Assembly: GCF_006345805.1 (NCBI RefSeq) | Contig: NC_043000.1 | Location: 151,156,001-151,220,000 of the forward strand | Origin: Octopus sinensis | Lineage: Eukaryota | Length of the DNA stretch: 64,000 nucleotides | Direction of reading: 5' to 3' | Shown: in pieces, positions 13,540-25,810 of the stretch | Position numbering within the stretch: position 1 is the first letter of the stretch | Layout of the letters: every line of letters starts with the position of its first letter | Program-made: the position numbers and the translations under genes | Notes under the pieces: generated by a model | Told to the model about the DNA's origin: nothing | The model's input: the letters and a program-made list of their open reading frames with translations, nothing else | Database searches by the model: none

Positions 13540-13540
13540 T
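13257..13540. repeat. Compound (TA)n-(GATA)n microsatellite
   Basis: Read directly from the sequence. Confidence 0.95.
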
Positions 13541-14135
13541 AGGCTTTGGTTATAATACATTTCGTGTTCTTTGAGGTTGTTTTCGATAATATGTTTGTCT
13601 GTTACATAGTTTAATATATTTCTTATGCTTTATTTGTGTTTATCTGCATTTACTATATTGTTCTTAGACTCGCCTACGTTAGTTTGTTAGAAGAATCTCC
13701 GGTGTTCAATAGCGTTTGATTTATTACGTAGCATATACTTTTATGGACACCTGAGTGTACGTGTTTTGGTAAGAATGTATTGTAAAGATACATCTATATG
13801 AGTGTTTGTATGCTTGTATGTGGAGGCGGGGTTCGTGAGTAAGGGCTTGAATAAGCTTGAAGTTACAAAAAATTATTCAGATTTTGATAATTTTTTCATA
13901 GGAAAAGAACCATATATATTGATGTACGAACACCTAATAAAATAACCAGTCATTCGTTACGTTTTAATCCTTTAGCATTTAAACCGACCATATATACCCC
14001 AAATATTCTATTTGTTTGATATTCAAACTGGCCAGAGCTGGCCTCTCCCACCTATCCTACAATGTCATTTCAAAAATAGCAATCACATCAAAATGTCAAA
14101 GCTATGAGGCAATGCATGATTAATTGAAAGCAATG

Positions 14136-15703
14136 TTAGTTAGTTAGTTAGTTAGTTGGTTAGTTAATTTTTTGGCTACAAGGCCATGTAGGGGGACATG
14201 GAGTTAAGTACAGGGTGGTGTTCATGTAAAGAGTTCAGGCCACTTGTGGTCAAGGGAGACTTTGAACCGAGCGGTCGTCGGCATCTTCACTATCTCGTCC
14301 GGCAGCTTATTCCACGGATCCGCAACCCGGACGGAGAAAGCTCCTCGCCTTCGATTGAGATGAAATCGTCGCAGGTAGAGCTTTTCGGAATGACCCCGCA
14401 GCCGACGCTCTGGAGCAGGAGTGAAGAACAGCTCTTTCGAGAGGTTACACTTTCCGCTTATGATGTTGTGAGCGAGAATAACATCACCACGGCGGCGGCG
14501 TTTTTCTAGAGAATAAAGGTCGAGCGTCTTCAGCTTTTCTTCATAAGACAAATTCTTGAGACCATGAACCATGCGGGTAGCCAGCTTCTGGACTCTTTCG
14601 AGATGCTGTATGTCTTTGAGGAGATAAGGAGAAGAGGCTTGAATCCCGTACTCCAATATGGGTCTCACCAGCGTGACATTGAGCGGTAGGAATATGGCTG
14701 CTGTGAGCATTCCGAATGACCGTTGAATCAAGAACAGAATTCCGCGTGCTTTGTTGGCAGCATGGACGCACTGGGCCGAAGGCGAAAAGGAGGAATCCAC
14801 CAAGATACCCAGGTCCTTTACCTGATCGGTCCTCTCCAACAGCAGACGACCCGGCTCGAAATCAAGTTGAGTTGCAGGAGGAGAGCCAACAGGCAGATGA
14901 CAGCACTTTGACACGTTCAGACACAGGTCCCATTCGTTAGACCACCTCCAAATTTGGTGGAGGCATCGACGAAGATCCTCTATATCACCGCGAGGAGCGA
15001 CCAGTTTGACATCGTCGGCAAATAGAAGGGTGTGTTGCGTGAGGTCGTCGGGCAAGTCATTTATGAAGACTAAGAACAATAAGGGCCCAAGCACTGAACC
15101 TTGAGGCACGCCACTGGAGACGTCGAACCGCGAACCATTAACTTGGCCTTGGAAGGAGCGATCTGAGAGGAAGGCACCAACCCATCGTACAATATCCGGA
15201 TGGAAACTATATGCTTGAAGCTTGACAAGTAATAGGCGGTGGTTTACCGAGTCAAAAGCTTTGGCAAAGTCCAATAAAACGATGTCAACAGCATCACTAT
15301 CATCGAGGATGCGCGTCACCAATTCTTCCATTACCAGTAAGTTGGTCAAGCATGATCTCTTCGGCACGAAGCCGTGTTGGGAATCAGAGATAGAGGCTGT
15401 GTTTTGGAGGTGGAGCATCATACTTTTCTTAAGGATGGTTTCGAACATCTTGCTGATTATTGATGTAAGGGAAACCGGTCGGTAGCTAAGCGAGTCTTCG
15501 CGGCTCCCTTTCTTGAAAATTGGGCAGATTATCGCTGTTCTCCAGTCCGCAGGTATAACACCCGTCGCCAATGACATATTGAATAGACGTGTTAGGGGCT
15601 CGCAGATGACCGGAGCCAACGCTTTGATAACCCGTGGGTGTATGCCGTCAGGGCCGTGACCCTTGTTGACATCGAGGCCTTGAATAACACGTTTGACTTC
15701 GTC
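14136..15703 (-). mobile_element. 5'-truncated CR1-clade LINE with short 3' UTR and (TAAC)n tail
   Basis: RT motifs (PDGIHPR, YRPVSLTS, QHGF, LDFAKAFDSVNH, GVPQGSVLGPLLF, FADD, DLGI) and CR1-type C-terminus (SLEKRRRRGD..LRGH..WNKLP); tail repeats at 14136-14167; clearly more GC-rich than its flanks. Confidence 0.92.
14222..15703 (-). CDS. Open reverse-transcriptase frame of the CR1-like LINE (ORF2 C-terminal part; no endonuclease domain, no native start)
   Basis: The 465-aa ORF-track entry extends upstream without a stop (DEVKRVIQGLDVNKGHGPDGIHPRVIKAL) to about 15703, about 494 codons; truncated, so probably not expressed on its own. Confidence 0.6.
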   Translation of the reverse strand, partial: DEVKRVIQGLDVNKGHGPDGIHPRVIKALAPVICEPLTRLFNMSLATGVIPADWRTAIICPIFKKGSREDSLSYRPVSLTSIISKMFETILKKSMMLHLQNTASISDSQHGFVPKRSCLTNLLVMEELVTRILDDSDAVDIVLLDFAKAFDSVNHRLLLVKLQAYSFHPDIVRWVGAFLSDRSFQGQVNGSRFDVSSGVPQGSVLGPLLFLVFINDLPDDLTQHTLLFADDVKLVAPRGDIEDLRRCLHQIWRWSNEWDLCLNVSKCCHLPVGSPPATQLDFEPGRLLLERTDQVKDLGILVDSSFSPSAQCVHAANKARGILFLIQRSFGMLTAAIFLPLNVTLVRPILEYGIQASSPYLLKDIQHLERVQKLATRMVHGLKNLSYEEKLKTLDLYSLEKRRRRGDVILAHNIISGKCNLSKELFFTPAPERRLRGHSEKLYLRRFHLNRRRGAFSVRVADPWNKLPDEIVKMPTTARFKVSLDHKWPELFT

Positions 15704-16207
15704 AAAATTTATTTAAATAAGCATTATATTTGACAGAGTTATCTTAATGCTAAAGGGTTAACACGTCATCTGTTTACGATCAAGGAAATAGAAGTGTGAA
15801 CTTAACGTTTGTTTTTCATTGAATTACATTTGTGTTTTTTTGTTATATTCCCTCATGTGTCTTCTTCGTCGAGAGGTTTCGCCATTATATATATACATAC
15901 ATACAGAGAGAGAGAGAGAGAGAGAGGAGGGGAGGGAGAGAAAGAGAGAGATAAGTATTTGACTAATTAATTTTCTGTTGCGCTATAAAGCGCTCATCTA
16001 TTCTATATTTAGACGTATTTGTTACCTTCTATTCGTGTTTATATTGTTTTATAATTTGGTCCATTATTTTTTTTTAGATTACCTGTTATTGACTATTGTT
16101 CCTTTGATTCTGTGGGTTTCTTTATCTACTGCTTCGTTTCTAGAGGAGAATACTTTTCGGTTTAACGTTTTGCTTTTACGTGGACACTTCCAGACTAGAT
16201 GTAAATA

Positions 16208-16238
<31 letters not shown>

Positions 16239-16692
16239 TTATTTATATGTGCGTGTGTGTTGTTTCGGTGTAAACGGAGTATTGTGTCTCATATATTTAA
16301 ATGTGTGTTTATATCACCATCATTACAGACTTATTGTATTGCTAAGGTGTTTTGTTTGAATGTATTGGATGTTTCTACTAAAATATCTCAGGCAGAAATC
16401 GAATCTGGCTTGAGAACGCTGTCAGTCATTTATTTCAATCAATTCCCTAAGGTTGCCAAATTCATCATTCTTTAAACAGATATAAAAGGTTACTGTGACA
16501 AACAATGTTCGAGATTTTCTCAAGAGTGAAAATTCTCATTCTCAAACACATACGTGAATATAACTCAAGAGTTATCGTAAACATATTCCAAATTACCAAA
16601 TTTTCGGATAAATAGAAACTCTAGCCTGTAGATTCTCTGACAGATCAAACATTTGAATCAAGTATCTTGGGATATATATATATATATATATA

Positions 16693-17102
16693 TACTCTTT
16701 TACTCTTTTACTTGTTTCAGTCATTTGACTGCGGCCATGCTGGAGCACCGCCTTTAGTCGAGCAAATCGACCCCAGGACTTATTCTTTGTAAGCCCAGTA
16801 CTTATTCATCGGTCTCTTTTGCCGAACCGCTAAGTGACGGGGACGTAAACACACCAGCATCGGTTGTCAAGCAATGCTAGGGGGACAAACACAGACACAC
16901 AAACACATACACATACATATACATATATGCACATATATACGACAGGCTTCTTTCAGTTTCCGTCTACCAAATCCACTCACAAGGCATTGGTCGGCCCGGG
17001 GCTATAGCAGAAGACACTTGCCCAAGATGCCACGCAGTGGGACTGAACCCGGAACCATGTGGTTGGTTAGCAAGCTACTTACCACACAGCCACTGCTGAG
17101 CC
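16693..17102 (-). mobile_element. SINE family B, full length, inserted in (TA)n
   Basis: Reverse complement of the 17782 and 35267 copies; tail (TAAAAGAG)n; internal CA/TA tract; TA runs on both sides. Confidence 0.92.
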
Positions 17103-17565
17103 TATATATATATATATACTTATATATACAAGAAGATATCTGACAAAATACATTGAAAATATACTTCTGTGCGGTAAAGTTTACTATGGTCGCTTAATGG
17201 CCATGTGGACACTAGAGCAGTGAAATATAGAAGCCGAAACGAAATCCAAACAAGATACGAATATAAGAACATAATATGTATAAGCTTCCACGATACGTAG
17301 GCTTATGTTTATGTGATGCGCCCTCGTGTAAAATAACATATGAGTTTCAAATCGTCAGCTGGAAAAATAAGTAGCAATTTCATTGCTTAACGCGTAGTCT
17401 TATAATAACATATATGTATGTGTGTGTGTGTGTGTGTGTGTGTATTTCATCTCTCTCAAACGCAAAACTTAAGTTATTGTGAAGAGATTTGAAACTACAT
17501 ATTACTAGGAGCGAAGTACCGGTGTATCAACATATACTATCTATCTATCTATCTATCTATCTATA

Positions 17566-17604
<39 letters not shown>

Positions 17605-17781
17605 GTGTGTGCGCGCGCATGTGAAGGTTTTTCTTTCAAAATGGCTCTTGAGATTTTGCTGTGCAGAGGCAATCTCGAAGTAAATGTTAAAAATTTACTT
17701 AGCCCGAGTTACGTGATACTACAGGCTAAAGAGTATCTTTCCCGAAAATTACGTGTGTGTATAAATATATATATATATATA

Positions 17782-18253
17782 GGCGCAGGAGTGGCTGTGT
17801 TGTAAGTAGCTTGCTAACCAACCACATGGTTCCGGGTTCAGTCCCACTGCGTGGCATCTTGGGCAAGTGTCTTCTGCTATAGCCACGGGCCGACCAAAGC
17901 CTTGTGAGTGGATTTGGTAGACGGAAACTGAAAGAAGCCTGTCGTATATATGTATATATATATGTGTATGTGTGTGTGTGTGTTTGTCCCCCTAGTATTG
18001 CTTGACAATACTGTATATGTATACATATATATACATATATGTATATATGTATATGTGTCTGTGTTTGTCCCCCTAGCATTGCTTGATAACCGATGCTGGT
18101 GTATTTACGTCCCCGTCACTTAGCGGTTCGGCAAAGGAGACCGATAGAATAAGTACTGGGCTTACAAAAGAATAAGTCCCAGGGTCGATTTGCTCGACTA
18201 AAGGCGGTGCTCCAGCATGGCCGCAGTCAAATGACTGAAACAAGTAAAAGAGT
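17782..18253 (+). mobile_element. SINE family B, full length
   Basis: A-box-like TGGCTGTGTTGT, B-box-like GGTTCAGTCCC; core GCCTTGTGAGTGGATTTGGTAGACGGAAACTGAAAGAAGCC (recalled as resembling the Meta/Ceph core domain, unverified); internal duplication of TGTTTGTCCCCCTAG..TTGCTTGA. Confidence 0.92.
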
Positions 18254-18398
18254 ATCTAGTAGTCTAGTGACGTAGTCTAGCGATCAGCTTGATGTGTTTT
18301 TGCACAGAAATCGATGTAGAGAAATTCTTTTCTCCTATACAGTATCCCGCAGCGAATGCTTTTCGCATTACAGTTTACAGAAGCATTTCATAATTCTA

Positions 18399-18799
18399 CT
18401 TGCAGTATCGCCCGGCGTTGCTCGGGTTTGTAAGGGAAATAACTATATAAGCATTTTTAGAGATGTAAAGTATAATAGCCATCTCAATATGGCTAAACAC
18501 AAAGGGGGGGGGGGTGTTACTGTAGCTTTTTGCGTTCTGAGATTTAATAATAACTTTTTAGAGAGTTACTTCCCTTATATATGCCAAAAATGCATTAAAA
18601 ATGGGAAAAATTGATGGTAAATTCTTTTTAAAATCGTAGACTCATCGTAGACGCGCGCTAATAACCAGAAGGGCTCGATATGAATCACGACTATAAGATA
18701 CCCGGTTTTGGTTAAACTGCACCGCAAAATGTGGGAGTAGTTAGGAATCTAAATCGTAGGAGACAGACAGACACACAACCTTACTTTTATATATAAAGA
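18399..18799 (-). mobile_element. Non-autonomous Helitron (variant internal segment)
   Basis: On the minus strand: 5' TC terminus, 3' hairpin CCCG-AGCAACGC-CGGG, terminal CTAG mutated to CAAG, inserted between A and T; termini match copies at 34676, 36385 and 47801. Confidence 0.85.
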
Positions 18800-19103
18800 T
18801 GTACTCATCATTCTGTTGATCCCTAACACTTCGTGTGCAATATATATACATATATATATATGTGTGTGTGTGAGTGTGTGTGTGTGCGTGTGTGTGTATT
18901 GTGTGTGTGTATGTTATTTAATAAACGCAATATATGATTCATGTGCTACTATTACTTTCATGTGCTGAGAGCATGCCAGACAATATTTTTTAACACTCAG
19001 CACACAAAGACATACACTGTGTTATTAAATAATATTTATCTCTCACCAGATAGAGTGTTTTCTGTTGATCTAGCCATCACGGAACAGTAAGATGTATATA
19101 TAT

Positions 19104-19184
<81 letters not shown>

Positions 19185-19592
19185 TTCTAAATATCGACTG
19201 TGAGTAGAAAAAGAACAAGATGAGTTAATGAGAATTCTTAAAGAAAATAACCAATGTCTTATTTACTAAGGAAAATATTCTATTTCAAAAAGAATTTTTG
19301 GAGAGAATAAATGTTGAAAATTAAAATAATTGCAATATGATTAAGATGAATGTAGATAAAAAAAATAAAGTAAAACGATAAAAGATATATTTAAAATAAA
19401 TCAAAAGTTAATTTTAAATAATTAAGAAAATAATAATTACAGCAATATAATTACAGAATTGAGAACAAAAACAACAACAATAATAACAATATCAAGATAA
19501 TGACCATAACAACATCACTGATGATGATGATGATAATGATGATGATGATAATAATAAATGCTGAAGACAGAGCTGAATGTAAATACCCAAGG

Positions 19593-21119
19593 CAGAGCTG
19601 AATGAAAGAAACAGGATCGAAGCGATCAATACTTTAGCCATACCGATCGTGACTTACAGTTTCAATATCATTAACTGGCCAATAAGTAATCTTGACAGAA
19701 AAATACGAAAATTGTTGACAAAACATAGAATGTACCACCCTAAGGCAGATATAGAACGATTTTACCTGCCACGAAAAGAGGGTGGCCGTGAACGTTTACA
19801 ACTGGAATTAACAATGAAGATTGCCACAATTGGCTTAGACATCTACCTGAAAAACTCTGATGACTGGATGTTAAAACTTGTCTCAAAGCATGAAAACAAG
19901 AAAACATCATACTCAGTAACAAAACAGGCAAAGGAATATTTAAGTGAATTCCAAATACAACAAATTCCAGAATTAGATGTACGAGAAACAAGCACAGAAA
20001 AAGCTAAGCGTATGAAAACCCGTGCTAAAACTGCTGCCTTAGATATTCTTACTGATAAATGGCAAGAAAAACCTCTCAGTGTCAAATACCCAAAGAGAGC
20101 TAATAGTCCCGATGTTGACAAAGACCTTACCCATCAATGTCTAGTGTCTTCTGGCTTAAAATCAGAAACAGAAGGGTTTATCATAGCAGCCCAAGATCAA
20201 TACCTACCTACAAGGAATTCCCAAGCCAACATATTAAAGAACAGCAATAACCCAACATGTGTATGTCAACAACAAAATTAAACCATTGATTGTGTTGTCT
20301 CCATGTGCAGTCTTCTTGCACCTACAGAGTATCTCAACAGGCATGATAGAGCAACACAATATATTCACTGGGTAATTTACAAAAATCTGGACCTGCCCCA
20401 TGATAAAAACTGGTGAGAACACAAACCACCTCAAGTGGTTGAAAATGATCACATCTCACTCCTCTGGAACTTCACCGTTCATACTGTCAGAAAGACAGAA
20501 GCGAATAGGCCAGACATTATATTGAAAGACTTCAGACAAAAATCATGCCTCCTCATTGATATGACTGTCCCAATCGATATAACTGTACCTGTCAAGACCT
20601 ACTAAAAACAGAGCAAGTATAAAGATCTTGAAATAGAAATTGTTAAAATGTGGAACCTCAAGACAAAAAGAATACCTGCTGTCACAGGTGCCCTAGGAAC
20701 GATAGCAAAAGGGGTTAACTACTATCTAGCTCAGATACCAGGGAACCACAAAATAGCAGAAATAGAAATTGAAAAAATGTGGCATCTCAAGGCGACTACA
20801 GTACCAGTGATTGTAGGATCTCTAGGAATGATAAAAAAAAGGTACTGAAACCTATTTGAAAATTATTCCAGGTTTACCATCCCTACAGGAAGTTTAAAAA
20901 ATCGTATTGACTGGAACGGCTCATGTACTGAGAAGAGCATTATCGCTGTGAAAACAACATCCATCCATGAATTTATTTATTTATTAATTTTTAAATACAT
21001 ATTTTATCTGTGAATTTGCGTGTGTAATCTGGGATGCATACAATGAGCTTCTCTGCCCTAGGTGTATGGAAAACACCCGGCGAGAAACGGAAGAAATTTA
21101 AAGAAAGAAGGAAAAAAAC

Positions 21120-21165
<46 letters not shown>
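19593..21165 (+). mobile_element. 5'-truncated R4/Dong-clade non-LTR retrotransposon with restriction-like endonuclease (RLE)
   Basis: Translations ELN.RNRIEAINTLAIPIVTYSF, YHPKAD.ERFYLPRKEGGR, SETEGFIIAAQDQ, degraded zinc knuckle followed by EYLNRHD, RLE motif NRPDIILKD..CLLIDMTVP..KYKDL, C-terminus VPVIVGSLG; stop at about 20950, then 3' UTR and (TAA)15; several stops and frameshifts. Confidence 0.88.
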
Positions 21166-21167
<2 letters not shown>

Positions 21168-21169
21168 GT

Positions 21170-21203
<34 letters not shown>

Positions 21204-21322
21204 AGAAGAAGGAGAAGGAGGAGAAGAAGAAGAAGAAGAAGGAGGAGAAGAAGAAGAAGAAGAAGAAGAAGAAGAAGAAGAAGAAGAAGAAGAAGAAGAA
21301 GAAGAAGAAGAAGAAGAAGAAA
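21121..21322. repeat. (TAA)n followed by (AAG)n trinucleotide array
   Basis: Read directly from the sequence. Confidence 0.95.
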
Positions 21323-21651
21323 GATAAAAATAATTAGATAAAATGATTAGACAAAATAATCAGATAATAGTGTAACTTTTAAATACCACTACTAAATATA
21401 CCGGACCGAGAACGGCTGCCCCAACCAATTGGGGTATACTAATCGGTATTCCATTTATTTGGGAAAGTTTTAAAGGCTCTTTTAAGTAAATGCTTACCTC
21501 ATAACATAAGTTCATTTCTTTTATCTAATACGTTAGATTTGGATGTAAGGATATGTAGCGCCTCTTCGAAGCGTAAGCTGCATTTCTGTTTCGTTGCATA
21601 ATACGGCAGTGCACTATTCATTATAGACCATCTAATATTCTTCCTAACATT

Positions 21652-22658
21652 TATATACATACATACATACATACATACATACATACATACATACATACAT
21701 ACATGCACATACATACATACATACATACATACATGCACATACATGCATACATAAATACATACATACATACATACATGAATACATACATACATACATACAT
21801 GCACATACATACATACATACATACATACATACATACATGCACATACATGCATACATAAATACATACATACATACATACATGAATACATACATACATACAT
21901 ACATACATACATACATGCACATACATACATACAAACATACATACGTACATACATGCATGCATACATACATACATACAAGCATACATACATACATACATGC
22001 ATGCATGCACATACATACATACATACATACATACATACATACATACATACATGCACATACATACATACAAACATACATACGTACATACATACATAACATA
22101 CATACATGCACATACATACCTACATACATACATACATGCCATACATGCATACATAATACATACATACATACATACATGAATACATACATACATACATACA
22201 TGCACATACATACATACATACATACATACATACATACATGCACATACATGCATACATAAATACATACATACATACATACATGAATACATACATACATACA
22301 TACTGCACATACATACATACAAACATACATACGTACATACATGCATGCATACATACATACATACAAGCATACATACATACATACATGCATGCATGCACAT
22401 ACATACATACATACATACATACATACATACATACATACATGCACATACATACATACAAACATACATACGTACATACATACATACATACATACATACATAC
22501 ATGCACGTACATACATACAAACATACATACGTACATACATGCATGCATACATACATACATACAAGCATACATACATACATACATGCATGCATGCACATAC
22601 ATACATACATACATACATACATACATACATACATACATACATACATACATACATACAT
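21652..22658. repeat. About 1-kb (TACA)n array with variant units
   Basis: Read directly; source of the YVCM/HTYI ORFs in the track. Confidence 0.95.
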
Positions 22659-22685
22659 AACCATAGCACAGAAAAGAACAAACAT

Positions 22686-23672
22686 AAGGATGTGTTCTTT
22701 CGCCAACTGTTTTCAATTACACCACCGACTGGATCACCACAAATGCATTAACGGAGTTCCCCGGTGTCACTGTTGGTCACAACTTTTCCGTCAAGGATCT
22801 AGGCTACGCAGATGACATTGCGATACTTGGCGAAACATTTGCTGACGGCCAGTTTGCTATCAATGAGCTCCAGCGTGTTGCATCGCAGATTGGTGTGAAA
22901 GTTAATGTCCCGAAGACCAAAATCCTCACAGCCGGCTTCGCCCCACCAGACAAAACACCCATTGTCCTCAATAGTGATATTCTTGAAGAGGTTGAGAGTT
23001 TCAAATACCTTGGCGCCGTCATTACAGCTGCAGGTCAAGGTGAGGCTGACATTAAAACACGAATCGACTTCGCTCGCCAAGCCTTCAACCGACTCAATGC
23101 ACGACTCTGGTCAAGATCTGAGATCCGACGCACCACCAAAGTACGGATCTGCCAAGCACTAGTGCGAACGATTCTCCTTTACGGCAGCGAGTCATGGCCG
23201 GTGAGGGTGGAATATATTAAGCGACTAGAATCCTTCGATCACCTCTGTCTACGCCGCATCCTTCGTGTCCGATGGCATCACTTTGTCTCCAACAGTCGGT
23301 GCGACACCAGTGCAAAGTCACCTCCCTCCGACAAGCCATCCTAACGAGACGTCTGCGTTGGCTGGGTCATGCCCTCTGTCGTCAACCAGGAGAATTCATC
23401 TATGAGGCAATTGCCCCAGCTCCCCTTCAGGGTTGACGATGTGGTGGATAACAAAAAACCTGGCTGATGACAGTCAAGGCTGATCTGGAACCCAACCTCG
23501 GCCCCCATATCTACGGCGTTCGCCGCTGGAATAAGGAGTGGTTGGAGATCACGCGGTCGTTAGCCTCAAATCGCCAGGTCTGGTCGGCGTTTGTGAGAGA
23601 TGCAGCATTGAGGATGAATGAAGCCAGCTCAACCCACCCGGGTGAATGCTGTCTCAAGACAAGAAGAAAGAA
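22686..23672 (+). mobile_element. 5'-truncated RTE-clade LINE (3' half of RT plus C-terminus)
   Basis: GCVLSPTVFNY..DLGYADDIAIL..KTK..FKYLG..ILLYGSESWP..RRLRWLGH; frameshift near 23295, internal stops, CAAG-rich tail. Confidence 0.9.
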
Positions 23673-25477
23673 GATAGCACAGGCATGGCCATGAGAATAA
23701 GAACATTGCTTTGCAAACACATAGTTCCGTATTTGAGGTAACTACACCACACTTTTGGTGTGCATTGTACCGTAGTTACTGTATGACTATACGCTCTGAG
23801 AATAATCTGGCAGACTATGTGAACGCCCATCACACCTATGCACGCGCGTACACACATACACACGCGCACATAAACACACACACACATAGCCCCCCACGCG
23901 CGCGCACACACACAGTTGCACAGCATTCGTTTTCGGTAATCACATTGTTTTCAAGGATCTTGTAGAACCACGTTTGCACAATTCTTTTAACATGTCAGTT
24001 TTTAAAGTATATTCACTTGGCACTGAGTACAATAGTCGTGGCAAGACGCATCTATTCATACTTTTTCTTCACCTCTGTTCATGTCGAATTTGTGCAATAA
24101 AAAGACAATGAACTTCAGAAACAGGTTCATGTAATGGTGTTTCGTTGGTCGCCATCTTGAACTGAAGCAGTTTGAACGGTAATAAACTCTTAGTAATGTG
24201 CAAACAAGCAGATAAACCAATAAACAGATAACAAACTAACAAATATAGAAAATATATTGTTTAACAAAAAATGTAAGTGTACCAAAATTAAAAATTACAA
24301 CGAAAACAAAAAAAAAATGTGAATAAAACTTATTCTCCTACTACAATGGATACTGATTGTTTTTGTGTGTTTTTTTTTTTGCATTTTTTATATCTGCTTG
24401 CTCGTGAGTAGACGCCTTGTATTTACTACCTAACGACAGATTGTTTTTAATATAAGATGGCCATAAAAAAAATTAAACCGGTTCTTTCCCTGTACAAAAT
24501 TGATCAAAATCTGAATAATTCTTGTGTGGTGAGTTCATTTGGATTTAGATAGAACGTACGAAACTGCTTAACTTTTCGCAGTCGTCTGCCTATCTGTGCG
24601 ACAGATTGCGTCATTGAATGCAACAGCCATAAAACAGCTTAATTTAGGGAACACTTAGCGTTCATCATCATTTTTCCGTCTGAAACAAGACAGTTTGGTT
24701 GCTGTGCTATGTCAGATAGTATTATTTCATCACATGTAATGTGAATGAAAACGTGTGCCCTATACATATTCATAAGGAAACGTGAAATGAGTTAACAGAT
24801 ATAGATTATGTGCACCTGTGCTGCACATATGTCTGGTAACGCGTGCGCAAACGCATATGTAAAAATTAAATAAACAATTGTGCAATAAGTAATCTACAGA
24901 CAAATTAACACTTCTATGAGTACATGTGTGTGAATTAATACATGCACTTATGTATGTATGCATGTATGTGTATATATATATATTATATATATATATATTT
25001 GTATATATATATATAATATATGTTTTTGTATAATGTGTATACTATATATATATATGTACATACATATGTATATATATATATATATATTATATATATATAT
25101 ATTAATATATATATATATATATATACTGTTGTGTCTTGGGAGAGTCATTTTCTTTTTTGTGCCTTATATTGTAATACACTCACCGGTAAAATTTCCACTT
25201 ATTTCGTATTTTTATTTTCCTAAAATATATATGTATGTATACTATGTATGGCTGCATGAGCATATATACATATACATATGCACGTACGTATACATACATA
25301 TATGAATGCATATATAGACATACATGCTTACATACATATATATAGGCAAAGATAGTGATGAATATAAATACAATAAGGCTTCACACACAAAGATATATAT
25401 GCACACACACACACGCATACGCACACGCACGCACGCACACACACACACACACATACACACACACACACACACCACAC

Positions 25478-25810
25478 AATTATAATAATTGGCCCTTTTC
25501 GTCTATACAGACGGTCAATTTGGGTTAGAGGCTACTTAATCGAACACAATAGGGTCTCCTTTTCTTGCAGCTTCTTTCATGGTTGGTTCTTCCTATGATT
25601 GAAGCGCAGCTTCTGTCACAATACTTGCCTACCAAGAGGGTGGCGCGGCGCTCTGAATCTGTTGTTTTCCTTTCGGCGCTGACATTTCTCAACTTGTTTG
25701 TTTCTGTAGCTGCTCTCTGGCGAAACAGTTCCTTCCTTCACCACAGTCCTCCATGTTGTTCTGTTCTCAACTCTTTCTTCCCAGGTACCGACATCCACCT
25801 CACACTGTTC
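25478..25810 (-). mobile_element. RTE-clade LINE 3' end
   Basis: Translation DVGTWEERVENRTTWRTVVKEG..RRK resembles RTE C-termini; terminal stem-loop CGTCT-GTAT-AGACG followed by a short TAA-type tail. Confidence 0.65.

Noticed and set aside
14198-14509. 103-aa plus-strand ORF and other short ORFs at 14.5-15.5 kb
   Set aside because: Antisense or alternate frames of the GC-rich LINE.
15978-16475. 165-aa hydrophobic ORF
   Set aside because: Composition reflects T-rich sequence and a TACA repeat; near-cognate start and no domain.
21499-22815. Long Cys/Tyr/Met/Val and His/Thr ORFs (also 31.9, 44.7, 51.6 and 54.0 kb)
   Set aside because: Translations of (TACA)n, which has few stop codons.
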